DNA from: Candidatus Dormiibacterota bacterium
GTDB taxonomy: Bacteria > Chloroflexota > Dormibacteria > Aeolococcales > Aeolococcaceae
DNA length: 64,000 bases
NCBI GenBank assembly: GCA_963799005.1
Contig: CAWCVK010000001.1
Coordinates: forward strand, 2,081,746 to 2,145,745
Reading direction: 5' to 3'
Below, in pieces: positions 1-10,698 of this stretch. The translations under genes and the position numbers were made by a program. The first letter of the stretch is position 1; every line of letters begins with the position of its first letter. Below the pieces are notes generated by a model, which worked only from the letters and a program-made list of their open reading frames with translations, was not told where the DNA came from and did no database searches.

Positions 1-827
1 CCGTGTACGCCAAGGCGGAGTTCCTCAACCCCGGCGGGTCGGTGAAGGATCGCCCGGCGCTGCGCATGATCGAGGACGGCGAACGATCCGGGCGGCTGAC
101 CCGAGAGCGCATCATCATGGACAGCACCAGCGGCAACACCGGCATCGCCTACGCGATGATCGGAGCAGCGAAGGGATACCGGGTGCGTCTGGTCATGCCC
201 GGCAATGTCAGTGAGGAGCGGCGCCAGTTGGTCAGCGCATTCGGGGCCGAGGTCGAGTACAGCGATCCGCTCGAGGGAAGTGACGGCGCCATCCGCCTGG
301 TTCGTGCCATGTATGACGAGAATCCGGATCGGTACTTCATGCCCGATCAGTACAACAACGACGCCAACTGGCGTGCGCATTACGATGGCACCGGCGCGGA
401 GATCTGGGAGCAGACCGGCGGGACGGTGACCCATTTCGTCGCCGCGCTGGGGACCAGCGGCACGTTCATGGGCGTGGCCCGGCGGCTCAAGGCGATGACT
501 CCCCAGGTCCAGTGCATCAGCGTGCAGCCGGCGGAGCCGTGGCACGGCCTCGAGGGTTTGAAGCACATGGAGACCTCGATCATGCCCGGGATCTACGACG
601 CCTCCCTGGCCGATGAGGATCTCGGTGTCGAGACCGAGCCCGCCTACGACCTTGCGCGGACCCTCGCGCGCAGCGAGGGCATCCTCGCCGGCCACTCGAG
701 CGGCGCGGCGCTCTGGGCGTGCGGCGAGGTCGCGCGCCGGATCGGCCGCGGGGTGATCGTCACCGTGCTGCCCGACGGGGGCGACCGGTATCTCTCCACC
801 GGGCTGTACCGGCGGGCGGGTCGGTGA
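1..827 (+). CDS. cysM: PLP-dependent cysteine synthase (CysK/CysM family), 5'-partial
   Basis: KAEFLNPGGSVKDR PLP-lysine motif, STSGNTG, LGTSGT, and C-terminal LPDGGDRYLS; adjacent to a Mec-like JAB gene. Confidence 0.9.
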   Translation, partial: VYAKAEFLNPGGSVKDRPALRMIEDGERSGRLTRERIIMDSTSGNTGIAYAMIGAAKGYRVRLVMPGNVSEERRQLVSAFGAEVEYSDPLEGSDGAIRLVRAMYDENPDRYFMPDQYNNDANWRAHYDGTGAEIWEQTGGTVTHFVAALGTSGTFMGVARRLKAMTPQVQCISVQPAEPWHGLEGLKHMETSIMPGIYDASLADEDLGVETEPAYDLARTLARSEGILAGHSSGAALWACGEVARRIGRGVIVTVLPDGGDRYLSTGLYRRAGR

Positions 828-1276
828 ACCTGCGCTTCGCGACGATCGCTCCCGCCGCCGAGCGGCGCATTCGCGACCTCGCGGTCGCCGCGTACCCCAA
901 CGAGGGATGCGGCGTGCTGCTGGGACGGCGCGACGGGACACGCATGCTCGTCGTCGACGCGACCTCGGCGCGCAACATGTGGACCGAGCGCAGCGCCGAT
1001 CGCTACGACCTCGACCCGGTTGACTTCATGCAGGCGGATCGCGACGCGCGCTCGCGCGGGCTCGACATCGCAGGCATCTGGCACAGCCACCCCGATCACC
1101 CTGCGCGGCCGTCGCAGTTCGACACCGACCGCGCATGGCTTGATTACGTCTACATCATCTGTCGCACGACGCGGGAGGGCGCGGAGGACGTCAACGCCTT
1201 CGCACTCGAGGCAGAGGGAGCACCGTTCGCGCAGATCGCGTTGGACATCTCACCGGTCCCCGGTGGAGGGAAATGA
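824..1276 (+). CDS. Mov34/MPN/JAB metallopeptidase (Mec-like, M67)
   Basis: YPNEGCG and WHSHPDHPARPSQFD JAMM motif; GTG start overlaps the upstream stop (GTGA). Confidence 0.88.
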   Translation: MNLRFATIAPAAERRIRDLAVAAYPNEGCGVLLGRRDGTRMLVVDATSARNMWTERSADRYDLDPVDFMQADRDARSRGLDIAGIWHSHPDHPARPSQFDTDRAWLDYVYIICRTTREGAEDVNAFALEAEGAPFAQIALDISPVPGGGK

Positions 1277-2683
1277 GCCCGGCCGGCGCCACTCGCCGGC
1301 GCCGCCGTGAGGAGGCGGATCCGGTTGCCCCGGCGGTGGGGGTGGTGGCGATCGTCGGCCGCCCCAACGTCGGCAAATCGACGCTGTTCAACCGGCTCAC
1401 CGGGACCCGCCGAGCGATCGTCGACGCGTTCGCCGGGCTGACGCGCGACCGTCTCTACGGCGTGGTGGAGTGGGGCGGGAAGCGTTTCACCGTCGTGGAC
1501 ACGGCCGGTCTGGACGTTCCTCTGCCGCGGGACGCCGCCCCGGACATCGCCGCGCTGACGCGTGCGACGCGCGAGCAGGCGCAGATGGCGATCACCGAGG
1601 CGGACGTGTGCTGCTTCATGGTCGACGTGCGCGATGGTGTGACCGCGCTGGATGAGGAGATCGCCCAGGCGCTGCGGCGTGGGGGGCGGCCGGTGATCCT
1701 GGTCGGCAACAAGGCCGACAGCCAGGTTGATCGCTATCGCGCCGACGAGTTGTATCGGCTGGGGCTCGGCGACCCGCTGCTGATCTCGGCGCTGCAGGGA
1801 ACCGACACCGGCGACCTGCTCGACCGCTTCGTCGCCGAGCTTCCCGAGAACGGGGCGGCGGGGACGGAGCCGGCGGCGGGCGAGGTCAGTGTCGCGATCA
1901 TCGGCCGGCCGAACACCGGCAAGTCGTCGTTGCTCAACGGGCTGGTGGGCTCGGAGCGGGCCCTGGTGTCACCGGTTCCGGGGACGACGCGCGACGTTGT
2001 CGACACAGTGGTCTCGCTTGACGGGCGGAAGATCAGGCTCGTCGACACGGCGGGGATCCGGCGGCGGGGGATCGTCACCGAGAACGTCGAGCGCTACAGC
2101 CTGCTGCGATCGCTTCGCGCCCTCCAGCGCAGCGACGTCGGTCTGCTCGTGATCGACGCGTCGGAGGGAGCGAGCGCGCAGGACCGCCACATCGCCGGGT
2201 ATGCCGTCGAGGCGGGCGCCGGGCTGGTAGTGGCGGCGAACAAGTGGGACCTCGTGAAGCACGAGGATCGCGTCGACGCCGGGTTCCTGAAGAAGCTCCA
2301 GGAACTCGTTCTCCTTCGTCCCCGGGGTGCCGGTGTTGACGCTGTCGGCGACCGAGCGGCGCAATCTCAAGCGGGTGATGCCGGCGGTGCTCGCCGTGGC
2401 CGACGCGCGAGCGATCCACGTCCCGACCCCGGCGCTGAACAACCTGATCCGCAATGCGCTCGACGAGCATCCGCCTCGCACCCACAAGGGTCGCCGCCTC
2501 AAGATCCTCTACGCGACCCAGGCGCGAAGCCCGGTGCCGACGATCGTGCTCTTCGTCAATGATCCCGAGCTGATGCACTTCGCCTATCAGCGGTATCTCG
2601 AGAACCGGATCCGCGCCGTGTTCGGGTTCGCCGGGGTCCGGCTGCGGATCGTGACCCGCCATCGGGACGAGAGCGACGATTGA
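1273..2683 (+). CDS. der: Ribosome biogenesis GTPase Der (EngA), apparent frameshift near 2310
   Basis: Two G domains (GRPNVGKS, DTAG, NKAD; GRPNTGKS, DTAG, NKWD); the KH-like C-terminus (KILYATQ, YQRYLENRIR) is in ORF 2327-2683. Confidence 0.95.
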
Positions 2684-2734
2684 GGCCCTCGGGGCCCCGT
2701 GGGGCCCGGCGCGCTAGAGTCGCTGGGCGCGCCT

Positions 2735-2808
2735 CGGGGAGTAGCTCAGATGGTTAGAGTACTGGTCTGGGGGACCAGGGGTCGCAGGTTCGAGTCCTGT
2801 CTCCCCGA
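2735..2808 (+). tRNA. tRNA-Pro(GGG); probable ICE integration site (attL)
   Basis: Cloverleaf: CGGGGAG/CTCCCCG acceptor stem, CTGGT-CTGGGGG-ACCAG anticodon arm, GCAGG-TTCGAGT-CCTGT T arm; CCA not encoded. Confidence 0.95.
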
Positions 2809-2893
2809 CAGACGCGCAAGTTGATCTCAGTGCAGGGATTTCCAGTGCCGTCCATTTGGCTCAATCCTGCGGGGACTAGCCCTCATCTTCGGA

Positions 2894-2936
2894 TTGATGA
2901 CTTTTCCAGCAAAACCTATCATACTTTCCAGTATGA
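2894..2936 (+). promoter_or_regulatory. Integrase promoter with overlapping palindromic operator
   Basis: TTGATG-17 bp-TATCAT (2894-2922); perfect inverted repeat TCATACT-ttcc-AGTATGA (2919-2936) covers the -10 and the ATG at 2933. Confidence 0.6.
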
Positions 2937-3931
2937 GTACCACGATCGATGGACACCTGAAGCCGCTGCGGCAGCGCGATCCCGCCAGCCCGCCGCCGAC
3001 CAGCAGGAGAGTCTCCATCGACCGCTGTGTCGACCTCATGGCGACGCGCTATCAGTGGGCCGACACCACCCGAGTCAACGCGCGCGACTACCTCGCCCGT
3101 GGTCGTTTCCTCGCCTTCTGCAAGGCCCGGGGCATCGAGACCGTCGACCAGCTCAGCAATGAGGCGGTGCTCGACTTCATCGGTGATGTCCGCGACCGTG
3201 TGGGTGTCAGCCGCAACACATTGCGCCGCTACCGCAACTACCTCCGGCGGCTTGCTGACTTCTGCGCCACCACGCCTGGGTTCGAGAATCCCTACTTCAC
3301 CTCCAGCGCCGTCCCGAATGCTCCTAAAGAACCGCGGCGAAGACGCTCCGACGCGCTGACCCACAGCGAAGAGCAGGCCCTGGTCGCCGCCGTCGTCGGA
3401 CGTCGCCGTGACAGTCTGATCGTCCGCGTCCTGTTGGCATGCGGCCTGCGCGTGAGCGAGCTCTGCGCGCTCTGCGTGGATGACGTGAAACTCACGGCTC
3501 GGCCGCCGCGCATACTCGTGTCCAAGGGACACCGTGACATGACCAAGAGTGGCGTCGATCGCCAGGTGACCTTCCGACAGCCCTACGCTCGGGAACTGGT
3601 CCGTGACCTCGAAGCATGGATCGACCGACACCGGCCGGCGTCGCTCCACCCCGATCTCTTTATCTCGGAACGGAGTTCTTCAGGCGAACCAATCACCGTC
3701 ACCGCAGTCCAGCAGATGCTACAGCGAGCTTCCCTGCGTGCCGGACTTCGACCCATCCATCCACATCTCCTTCGGCGCACGTGGGCGACGCGCCTCGCCG
3801 ACGCCGGCGCCACGGTAACGGACCTCATGCAGCAGGCTGGGTGGAGCAGCATCGAAATGGTGACCGTTTACTACGCCGGATCTGAGGAGCGCGCGATCGA
3901 GCGGGTCGCGGGTCTGCGCGTCGAAGGCTGA
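2933..3931 (+). CDS. Tyrosine recombinase/integrase
   Basis: GLRVSEL (catalytic R), HPHLLRRT (HxxR), AGWSSIEMVTVYY (W, catalytic Y). Confidence 0.93.
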   Translation: MSTTIDGHLKPLRQRDPASPPPTSRRVSIDRCVDLMATRYQWADTTRVNARDYLARGRFLAFCKARGIETVDQLSNEAVLDFIGDVRDRVGVSRNTLRRYRNYLRRLADFCATTPGFENPYFTSSAVPNAPKEPRRRRSDALTHSEEQALVAAVVGRRRDSLIVRVLLACGLRVSELCALCVDDVKLTARPPRILVSKGHRDMTKSGVDRQVTFRQPYARELVRDLEAWIDRHRPASLHPDLFISERSSSGEPITVTAVQQMLQRASLRAGLRPIHPHLLRRTWATRLADAGATVTDLMQQAGWSSIEMVTVYYAGSEERAIERVAGLRVEG

Positions 3932-3954
3932 TTGCGCGTTGGGTTCGCCGACCG

Positions 3955-4275
3955 TTATCCCTCGGTCAACCCAAACCCGACATCTAGGGTCGGCTGCACG
4001 TTCGCGAGCGCCTCGAGGAGGAGTCGAGCGGTGCGTAGCCGCACCGGCTTGCCGTGCAGGGCGTTGTACGACGTTCCACGACTGACGCCGGCTGCGTCGG
4101 CTAGGGCTTCGGCGGTCAGCCCTCGAGCGAGCATTGCTGCACGAAGGTGCCTGGTGTTGAACGACTGACCGACCCCGTCCCAGACGCGTCGCGGCTCTCG
4201 CTCTTGCGAGGGACTCGACCTTTCGACAGAGGCTGGCGTTGGAGCGCTGATAGGAAGTGAGTTTATCCGCTGCAT
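3955..4275 (-). CDS. Cro/C1-type HTH protein (possible directionality factor or regulator); true start probably downstream of 4260
   Basis: GLTAEALADAAGVSRGTSYNALHG HTH; convergent with the integrase. Confidence 0.75.
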   Translation of the reverse strand: MQRINSLPISAPTPASVERSSPSQEREPRRVWDGVGQSFNTRHLRAAMLARGLTAEALADAAGVSRGTSYNALHGKPVRLRTARLLLEALANVQPTLDVGFGLTEG

Positions 4276-4293
4276 GCTTACTAAGCGCCTACA
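4260..4293 (-). promoter_or_regulatory. ICE box promoter 1 (HTH gene)
   Basis: Minus strand TGTAGGCG-CTT-AGTAAGCA, 9 bp, TAAACT. Confidence 0.7.
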
Positions 4294-4337
4294 TTTTCTT
4301 GGGATGTAACGCGACGCTCTTCGAGTCGGTCGCTAAC

Positions 4338-5003
4338 CTACGACGAGATCACGAATTTGTGGTCGGATGACCTGGCAGTCATGCGGTCCGCCACGATTTC
4401 AATCGTGAAGTCGATCGACTTCGGGACCGGAACCTGCACCAGGACGCCGTTCTCATCCGGTACCGAGAACGAGCCGAAGCTAAAGTTTGACCTAAGGTAA
4501 CCTAGCTCGGGGACTAAGTACGCCCACGTCGGATGCAGGACGGCATCGGCGCCGCCTTCCCACGTTGCACGATCGAAGAACGGGTTAGTGCTGTAATCGA
4601 CCCGCCACGGCGTCCTGGCTCGCGTTGCTGCGTCCGTAAACTGCCATCGCCAATCCGAGAACGTGACCCGGACGGCCACGAAACGTGCCGCGACCGTTCC
4701 GCGATTGCTGAGTGTGACTTTTAGCCCCCAGGTCCCGGCCGGCGGAGATGCCTGTGCGACTTGCTCGACGGTTTCGACGTAGAGATCGGGTTTTGGGAGC
4801 GAGTTTGCGTATGCGACCACGGCGACGACTGTCGCGACGATCGCGAATAGAAAACCGCCGCCGCCGAGAATCGTCCCTATCGCCGCTAACTGATTGGTAC
4901 TGACGCCGGACGGCACGCCGCGAGCAAGGACCAGTGCCGACGCAGCGCTTACCGCGACGGCGATCGCGATAAGAGCGGCGATCGCCAGACGGTTTCGCGT
5001 CAT
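4338..5003 (-). CDS. Hypothetical membrane protein (2 TM plus beta-rich domain)
   Basis: Two N-terminal hydrophobic helices, then a beta-rich region with LSNRGTVAA. Confidence 0.7.
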   Translation of the reverse strand: MTRNRLAIAALIAIAVAVSAASALVLARGVPSGVSTNQLAAIGTILGGGGFLFAIVATVVAVVAYANSLPKPDLYVETVEQVAQASPPAGTWGLKVTLSNRGTVAARFVAVRVTFSDWRWQFTDAATRARTPWRVDYSTNPFFDRATWEGGADAVLHPTWAYLVPELGYLRSNFSFGSFSVPDENGVLVQVPVPKSIDFTIEIVADRMTARSSDHKFVISS

Positions 5004-5009
5004 CCGGAG

Positions 5010-5615
5010 TTACGGTCGCTCGTCGCTGAAGTCTTTCGCGGTCATGCCTTCGAAGTCGTTCGCGGGAAGCGGACCGCCGAGGACGATCCGGTCGAACTCG
5101 GCGCGAAGGGTTGCAATCACAGGCTGACCGGCAAGGTAGCGGTTGTAAGCGGCCAAACGCTCGGGGTGCTCTTCGCGTTGACCGGGGCGGGCTACTTTCA
5201 CCACAACCCAGCAATGCACCGGCGGTCCTGGCGGACTAGCACCGCTGAAATCGGCGACGAGCTTGTCGTCCTTCCTGACGTAGACGCCGTGGAGTGTCCC
5301 GCCGTCGGTGTAGTGAAGCTCGTGGAGGAGGATGCCGTGCCCGTAGTTATCCCGTGCCCATCGAAAACTCGGCGCGATGGTCGGGTGCTTGACGCCGAAA
5401 TTGCTCATCGCGTACAGCCAAAAGAGCACTTCACCCGTCTCGGCGAAGATATTATTGCCGGGTCCCGATTTCGCTTCGAGCCGAGCAAACGCCGCTTCAC
5501 CAGCTTCGATCAGTCGGACCCGAAACGGTTCGACCGTGGGCGTCGCTGACACGTCGGCGGACGCGCCAATCGAGGCGGACATTCCAGTCACGGACGGATC
5601 GGCTTCGTCGCTCAT
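5010..5615 (-). CDS. Hypothetical protein
   Basis: 201-aa ORF with protein-like composition, tightly packed with its neighbours. Confidence 0.65.
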   Translation of the reverse strand: MSDEADPSVTGMSASIGASADVSATPTVEPFRVRLIEAGEAAFARLEAKSGPGNNIFAETGEVLFWLYAMSNFGVKHPTIAPSFRWARDNYGHGILLHELHYTDGGTLHGVYVRKDDKLVADFSGASPPGPPVHCWVVVKVARPGQREEHPERLAAYNRYLAGQPVIATLRAEFDRIVLGGPLPANDFEGMTAKDFSDERP

Positions 5616-5842
5616 TGCTCCGGAACCCGCGCGACGACCTCGGGCACGCCTTCACGGACCTTCGGCGCGCAGTCGGCACAGAAGAGCGCGGAGCGGAACC
5701 CGCCGTCTCTCCGGGCGGATAGGACGACGGGCGCGGCGTCGCAGTGGACGCACCGTGGCCACTCCGGACGACCGCCGGGGTATGGAGAGACGTGGAGACC
5801 TTCCATCGAGCAAATGTTCGCACCGCCCGAGCCGGGTTGCAA
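5612..5842 (-). CDS. Small Zn-finger-like protein (start uncertain)
   Basis: CVHC...CADC; stop overlaps the next start. Confidence 0.45.
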   Translation of the reverse strand: MQPGSGGANICSMEGLHVSPYPGGRPEWPRCVHCDAAPVVLSARRDGGFRSALFCADCAPKVREGVPEVVARVPEQ

Positions 5843-6129
5843 GCCTCCCGCCTGAGCCGGCTCGGGCGTACCCCTTCTGCGTCGCCAGACCTGGACGATA
5901 CTGGCTCGCTAAATCCCGAAATCGTATTCGGACGCGTCACAGTGAGATCAGCGTTTACGCTGTTTGGTGGGATTCGATTCCCTTTCTCGCGCTCTCACGA
6001 CGGCAATGGTCAGCCTTGGCGCGACCGAGGCTTCGGTGTCCACTACTCGCGCGAGGGCCGACCGTGAGCCCGCGGACTCTTGGCTGACCCGCGGCGGGCT
6101 CAAGCGGACCCGGGAACTGCCAACGGGCA

Positions 6130-6747
6130 TCAAGGCACGGGCCGAAGCCAGCCGCTCGGCTCGTTCTCGTGGCGAGCCGAAGTCCCAGTTGACGCGTCGC
6201 TCATGAGCACATCGGCCGTGATCGGGTCGAGGGGTGGCGCGTCACGATGCGTGCTCAGACACCGCTGAGCGATGTGTCGAGCGGATTGTGTGTTGACTCG
6301 GTGCAGCGCCTCGCTCCATCGGATTGCCGAGCTGGGGTCCGTGGCCAGCTCAGTGCGGAGGGCAACGTGCCAGCGACGGAGCGACTGCATCTCGAACACC
6401 AGCCCTTCGTGGCGATACCAGCAGCTCGGCCAACGCTCGGAGAGGTCGAACGCCATCGCCACCCAGTTCACCCAGGCTGCGAGTGAGGCCAGTTCGACGC
6501 TCTCCTGGTCGGCTGACGATGGCGGAAGGATGGCGTCCGCGGCGACGGATGCGGCTGACTGCTCCGCTGCCTTGAGCAGTCGGTCTCGCGCCTCGGCCTC
6601 GGACGTGGTGAGAGGACGCTCACGTTCGCCCGTCCTCAGGCTGTCGATCAGCCATCGTCGGGCATCTGCAACGAAGACGTCGATCCCTTCAAGGCGAAGC
6701 TCGATCGCCGCCAGCCGTCGCTCCGCCTCGTCGGCTCGCGCTGTCAT
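6130..6747 (-). CDS. Conjugative-element protein, DUF4913-like
   Basis: WPSCWYRHEGLVFEMQSLRRWH motif; coupled to the relaxase stop (ATGA). Confidence 0.6.
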   Translation of the reverse strand: MTARADEAERRLAAIELRLEGIDVFVADARRWLIDSLRTGERERPLTTSEAEARDRLLKAAEQSAASVAADAILPPSSADQESVELASLAAWVNWVAMAFDLSERWPSCWYRHEGLVFEMQSLRRWHVALRTELATDPSSAIRWSEALHRVNTQSARHIAQRCLSTHRDAPPLDPITADVLMSDASTGTSARHENEPSGWLRPVP

Positions 6748-9687
6748 GGGGAGAGTTCTCCGGGGGCGAGCGACGCCTCGTACTCCAGCTGGGCTGCTTC
6801 GAGCATGGCGTCGACGGCCGGCGTAATGACGCCAGCAATGGTTCTGCTCTCGACCATCTTGAGCACGTCGGGCGCCGTGGCCTGACCGACATCGTCCACT
6901 GCGCGCCGGATCAACGCGTGCGCTGCTTGCTCGGAGACGCCCATGTCACGCAGCCACCCCTCGAGGCGACGACCCTCTCGCTCAACGAACTGGTGGTCGA
7001 TCTCCAATGTCGCATCCACCCAGGTCGCATCCTGAGGAAACTCAGGTACGCCGAGCATCTCGAGCAGGGCTCGTTGCGCGTCGGTCGCGGGCGCGTCGAG
7101 GTTGGCAGGGCCGGCTGTACGGTCACGGTCTGCCTGCTCATATCGATCGGGATAGTCGAGCGCCGACTCCTTCTCCTCGCTGCGGCTCCAGGCCTGCACG
7201 GTTCGTTCCTCCGCGGTTGGCGATGGCTCCTTCCAGTGCATGATCCCGAGCGGGTCTCGCTCAAGTGGCGTCGCCACCTCGTAGTGGTGCGTGGCGAGGG
7301 TGGCCCTCGACATCGCCGTATACGTCCACTCGCGGCTGGCGCCATCCGAACCCACCACCATCGCGATGTCCGCGGTCATGCCCTGGGCCTTATGGACGGT
7401 GAGGGCGTAGCCGCGGTCGAGAGCGTCGTATTGCTTGGTATCGATGGTCACCTGGCCGTGGTCCGGACGCTCGAGGGTGAGCGTGCCCCGTTCAGGATCG
7501 ACGCTGGTGACGACGCCACGGGTGCCGTTGCGTACCCCGGCGTGACGATCGTTGGTCAGGCAGACGATCCGGTCGCCCGCCTGATAGTCCTTGTCCCTCA
7601 CGCTCAGCGCCGGTCCGTGCACGCGTCCGTCCTCCACGGCCCTGGCACGGGCGAGCTCGTTGAGAGTTGCCACCTCGTCTCGGCGGCGGGCGAGCATGAT
7701 CGCGTCGAGGCCGCTGGCGCTCAGAGCGCTGTGATGCGCGACCACCTCCGCCCGACGCTCCGGTGCCGACGGTGCAATGTGGACCCGGTCGTGTCGCATG
7801 TACTCGCGGTACGCCGCGCGCGCTTCGGCGTCGCGCAGCAGGGCGAGCGTCGCCCGTTCCCACGGGTCGACCTGGCGGATGTTCTCGGTGAGCTCGACCT
7901 TGCCGATGCGCTCGCCAAGGGTGCGCAATGGCGCCCCGGCCTCAATGGGCTGCAGCTGTTTGGGGTCGCCGACCAGCACCAGCTTGGCGTCGTCCCGCGC
8001 CGAGAGCGAGACCAGCTCGGCGAGCTGGCGGTCGCCGAGCATCCCGGCCTCGTCCACGACGAGCACACCCCCAAAGGGGAGGTGGTCCATCTGCAGTTCG
8101 TTGAGCATCCCCGCCACCGTCCACGACGGGATGGCCGATCCCTCCTCGAGCCCCTGGGCCGCCTTGCCGGCCAGCGCACAGCCGACCACCTGAATGCCGC
8201 TCGCCTGCAGGGCTTCGCGGCACGCCTCGAGCGCATACGTCTTGCCGACCCCCGCCGCGCCCTCGATGACCACGACGCCGGCGGACGTGCGGCAGACGGC
8301 ATCGACCATCGTCCGCTGATCGCGGGTCAGCGTCGGCCGCGATGCAACGGCCGCCGCGACGTGCGCATCGCGCGCCACACCGACGTCGGCGTGTGCCCGC
8401 TCCTGGGCGGTGCTGAGCATCCGCTCCTCGAGGAGGAGCATCTCCGGCGTGGTGTACCGGAGGTCGCGGCCGGACTCGATCCAACGCGTGATCGTGTCGC
8501 CCTCCACCTCGCCGTCGTGCGCGGTGGGGAGCAGCGCCACCACCGCGTCGCGGTCGGCCAGGATGTCGTCGGCCGTCGTCTCGATGCGACTCCGGCTCAT
8601 GCCCAGGGGTGCGTGCGCGGCGATGCCGCGGATCAGGTCGCGGCGGGTGAAGGTTGCCGATTGGGCGGTGAGTCCGTGGACACCGAGGATCTCGATGGGA
8701 TCGCGCACGTCGAGCTGACGCGGGAGCTGAGCGTCGGCTTCGCGGTGCATCAGGTCGTGCATGCCCGGCGCTGTCGAGTCCGACGCCACCCGCCCGCTCA
8801 CGCCATTGGGCGAAGAGATCCTCGGTGGCAGCGATCTCGTGCTTGCTCTCCCGGGTGTCGAGCGTGGCCACCTCTCGGCCGCTGGCCAACTCGATGGCCA
8901 TCGCCCTCGCCGCGGCGTCGATCTGCTGGGACCGCCGCGAGAACTCGCGGCGCTGAGCTTCCGTGATCCCGACGATGGCGAAGTACCCCTTGCCGTCGAC
9001 CACGGTCGAGATCCCCAGCTCTCGCACGAGGCGGTCGCGCCACTCCGCCTGTGCGATCGCGCCGGCCGCGGCAGCGTGGCGGTACACGGGCTCGCTGTAC
9101 AGCTGCCCCCAGGTGCCGTCGGGCCGCTGCGCCCAGTTGGGCACCGTCAGGTGGGTGTGCAGCTGTGGATCGACCGTGACAGTGCCGGTGGCCGGATCGG
9201 TCACGGGACGCGCGGTGCGGTGCACGAACTCGGCCATCACCAGGCGGGCGCGCACCGGTTCCGCACGCTTGCTCTCGGCGTTGAACTGCCGCGCCCAGCC
9301 GGCGTGCGCCTGGAGGTACTCGGCGGCGGCGCGCACGCCCTCGTCGTGGATGCGCAGGATGGTCGCGCGAGTGTGGTCGTCGCCGAGCGCGTAGAGGATG
9401 CTCACGTCCTTGGGTGCGGACACGGCGACGTCGAAGGCGACCACGTGCTGGCGCGACCAGTGGCGTCCCAGATCCTCCGCGGTGGTCGGGTGCTTGCCGC
9501 TCAGGACCGCGGCGAAGTCGGTGTCGGTCACCTCGCCGCGCAACCCAAGCGCCTCCGCCCCGAGGCCCCGCCAGCGGCCCGGCAACTCGCCACGGGCGGT
9601 GTAGTACTCGAGCTGCTGATCGGCCACGGCCTCGCGCAGGTAGCGAACCGCCTGCTCGACGCTGGTGAGTTTGCCGATGGAGATCAC
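6744..9687 (-). CDS. MOB_F (TrwC/TraI-like) relaxase-helicase, frameshift near 8770-8800
   Basis: EYYTARGELPGRWRG, FDVAVSAPKDVS, DPQLHTH HUH motif, FSRRSQQI; RecD-like helicase motifs GAAGVGKT, VVDEAGM, GYALTVHKAQG. Confidence 0.93.
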
Positions 9688-9694
9688 GCCTCCG

Positions 9695-9728
9695 AGCGTA
9701 CTGGTAAAGCGCTCACAGATCGCTTACA
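9695..9728 (-). promoter_or_regulatory. ICE box promoter 2 (relaxase, leaderless)
   Basis: Minus strand TGTAAGCG-ATC-TGTGAGCG, 9 bp, TACGCT, 7 bp, GTG start. Confidence 0.8.
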
Positions 9729-9729
9729 C

Positions 9730-9860
9730 TTTGGGTCGAAAACGGGGTCAAAACCGCAGGTGAAAGTGTGTGTGAGATATAGGCGTGGGGCGGTGCTGCA
9801 GGGATGCGGAGGGCGGAGCTGATGGGAGTGTCGGGTGACGGTGAAGCTGAGGAGTTGAGG
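9730..9860 (+). other. Candidate oriT
   Basis: Intergenic region upstream of the relaxase; GCGTGGGGCGGTGCT (9783-9797) resembles the F nic region; strong G/T skew. Confidence 0.5.
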
Positions 9861-10658
9861 TGGTGATGGCGGTGGAGATGGTGATGCCGGCGACGCTGCA
9901 GGGAGTGGCGGGGCTGGAGCGGGACTGGGAGGGCCCGGGTCCCCGCTTCGTCCAGATCACCGCGCGCTACCACAACCGCTGCGGTGGCTGCGGCGGTGAG
10001 GCGCCGGTCGGCACCCGCATCACCTACGACCGGCTCGAGCGCCATCCGTACCACCCGGGATGCGCGTGGGTTGCGATCGAGCAGCCGCCCTGGCTGATCC
10101 CCGTCCTCGCCGGCGATGCGCCGGCCCCCGGGCAGGTGATCGCGCATCCCAGCTACGGCTGGCTCGTGTGCGTGCGTGTGGCGGGGCGGACCTGGGCGGA
10201 CAACGGCGTGAGCGCTGGGAGTGTCGTCGGCGTGGCCGCTCGCCGTGCGCTCCCCGAAGAGATCGAGCTGGCTCAATGGCGCGCGTACGCCGGCATCGGG
10301 CGATGAGGCCGAGTGGTCCTGGCTGCAGCCCGAGCACGTGGGCGACATCGTGGAGTCCGTCGCCGAGTTCACCGGCTGGCCGATCACGCGCATGGCGCGC
10401 GAGCCCGCACAGTTCGTCGCGCCTCACCCCGGCGGGCTGTTGGTATTCGGCGAGGTCACCCCGCTCGATGAGACCGAGCGCTGGATCGCCGCGGATCCCG
10501 AGGAGCGCTCGCTGTATCAGCGCGGCTATCGCTGGTGCCGCTGCTACTCGGTGCAGTGCCTTGCCGGCGAGGAGGGCCACGTCCACCTCGGCTCGGTCAT
10601 TCCCGTGACACGCACCCAGTTCGACGCGGCCAACCAGCGGGGCTGGTCGCTGCACTAA
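9860..10658 (+). CDS. Hypothetical Cys/His-rich protein, probably one gene split by a frameshift near 10300
   Basis: ORFs 9860-10306 (CGGC...HPGC) and 10221-10658 (CYSVQC...GHVH) join if one G is removed from GGG at 10298-10300. Confidence 0.6.
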
Positions 10659-10698
10659 CCGCCCGTGTGTCCCGGGTGGGATGCGTGCCGTCACGGGC

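Noticed and set aside
6918-8966. Long antisense ORFs (also 16540-18009, 23210-24880, 49119-51032)
   Set aside because: Shadow frames of high-GC genes with no recognisable motifs.
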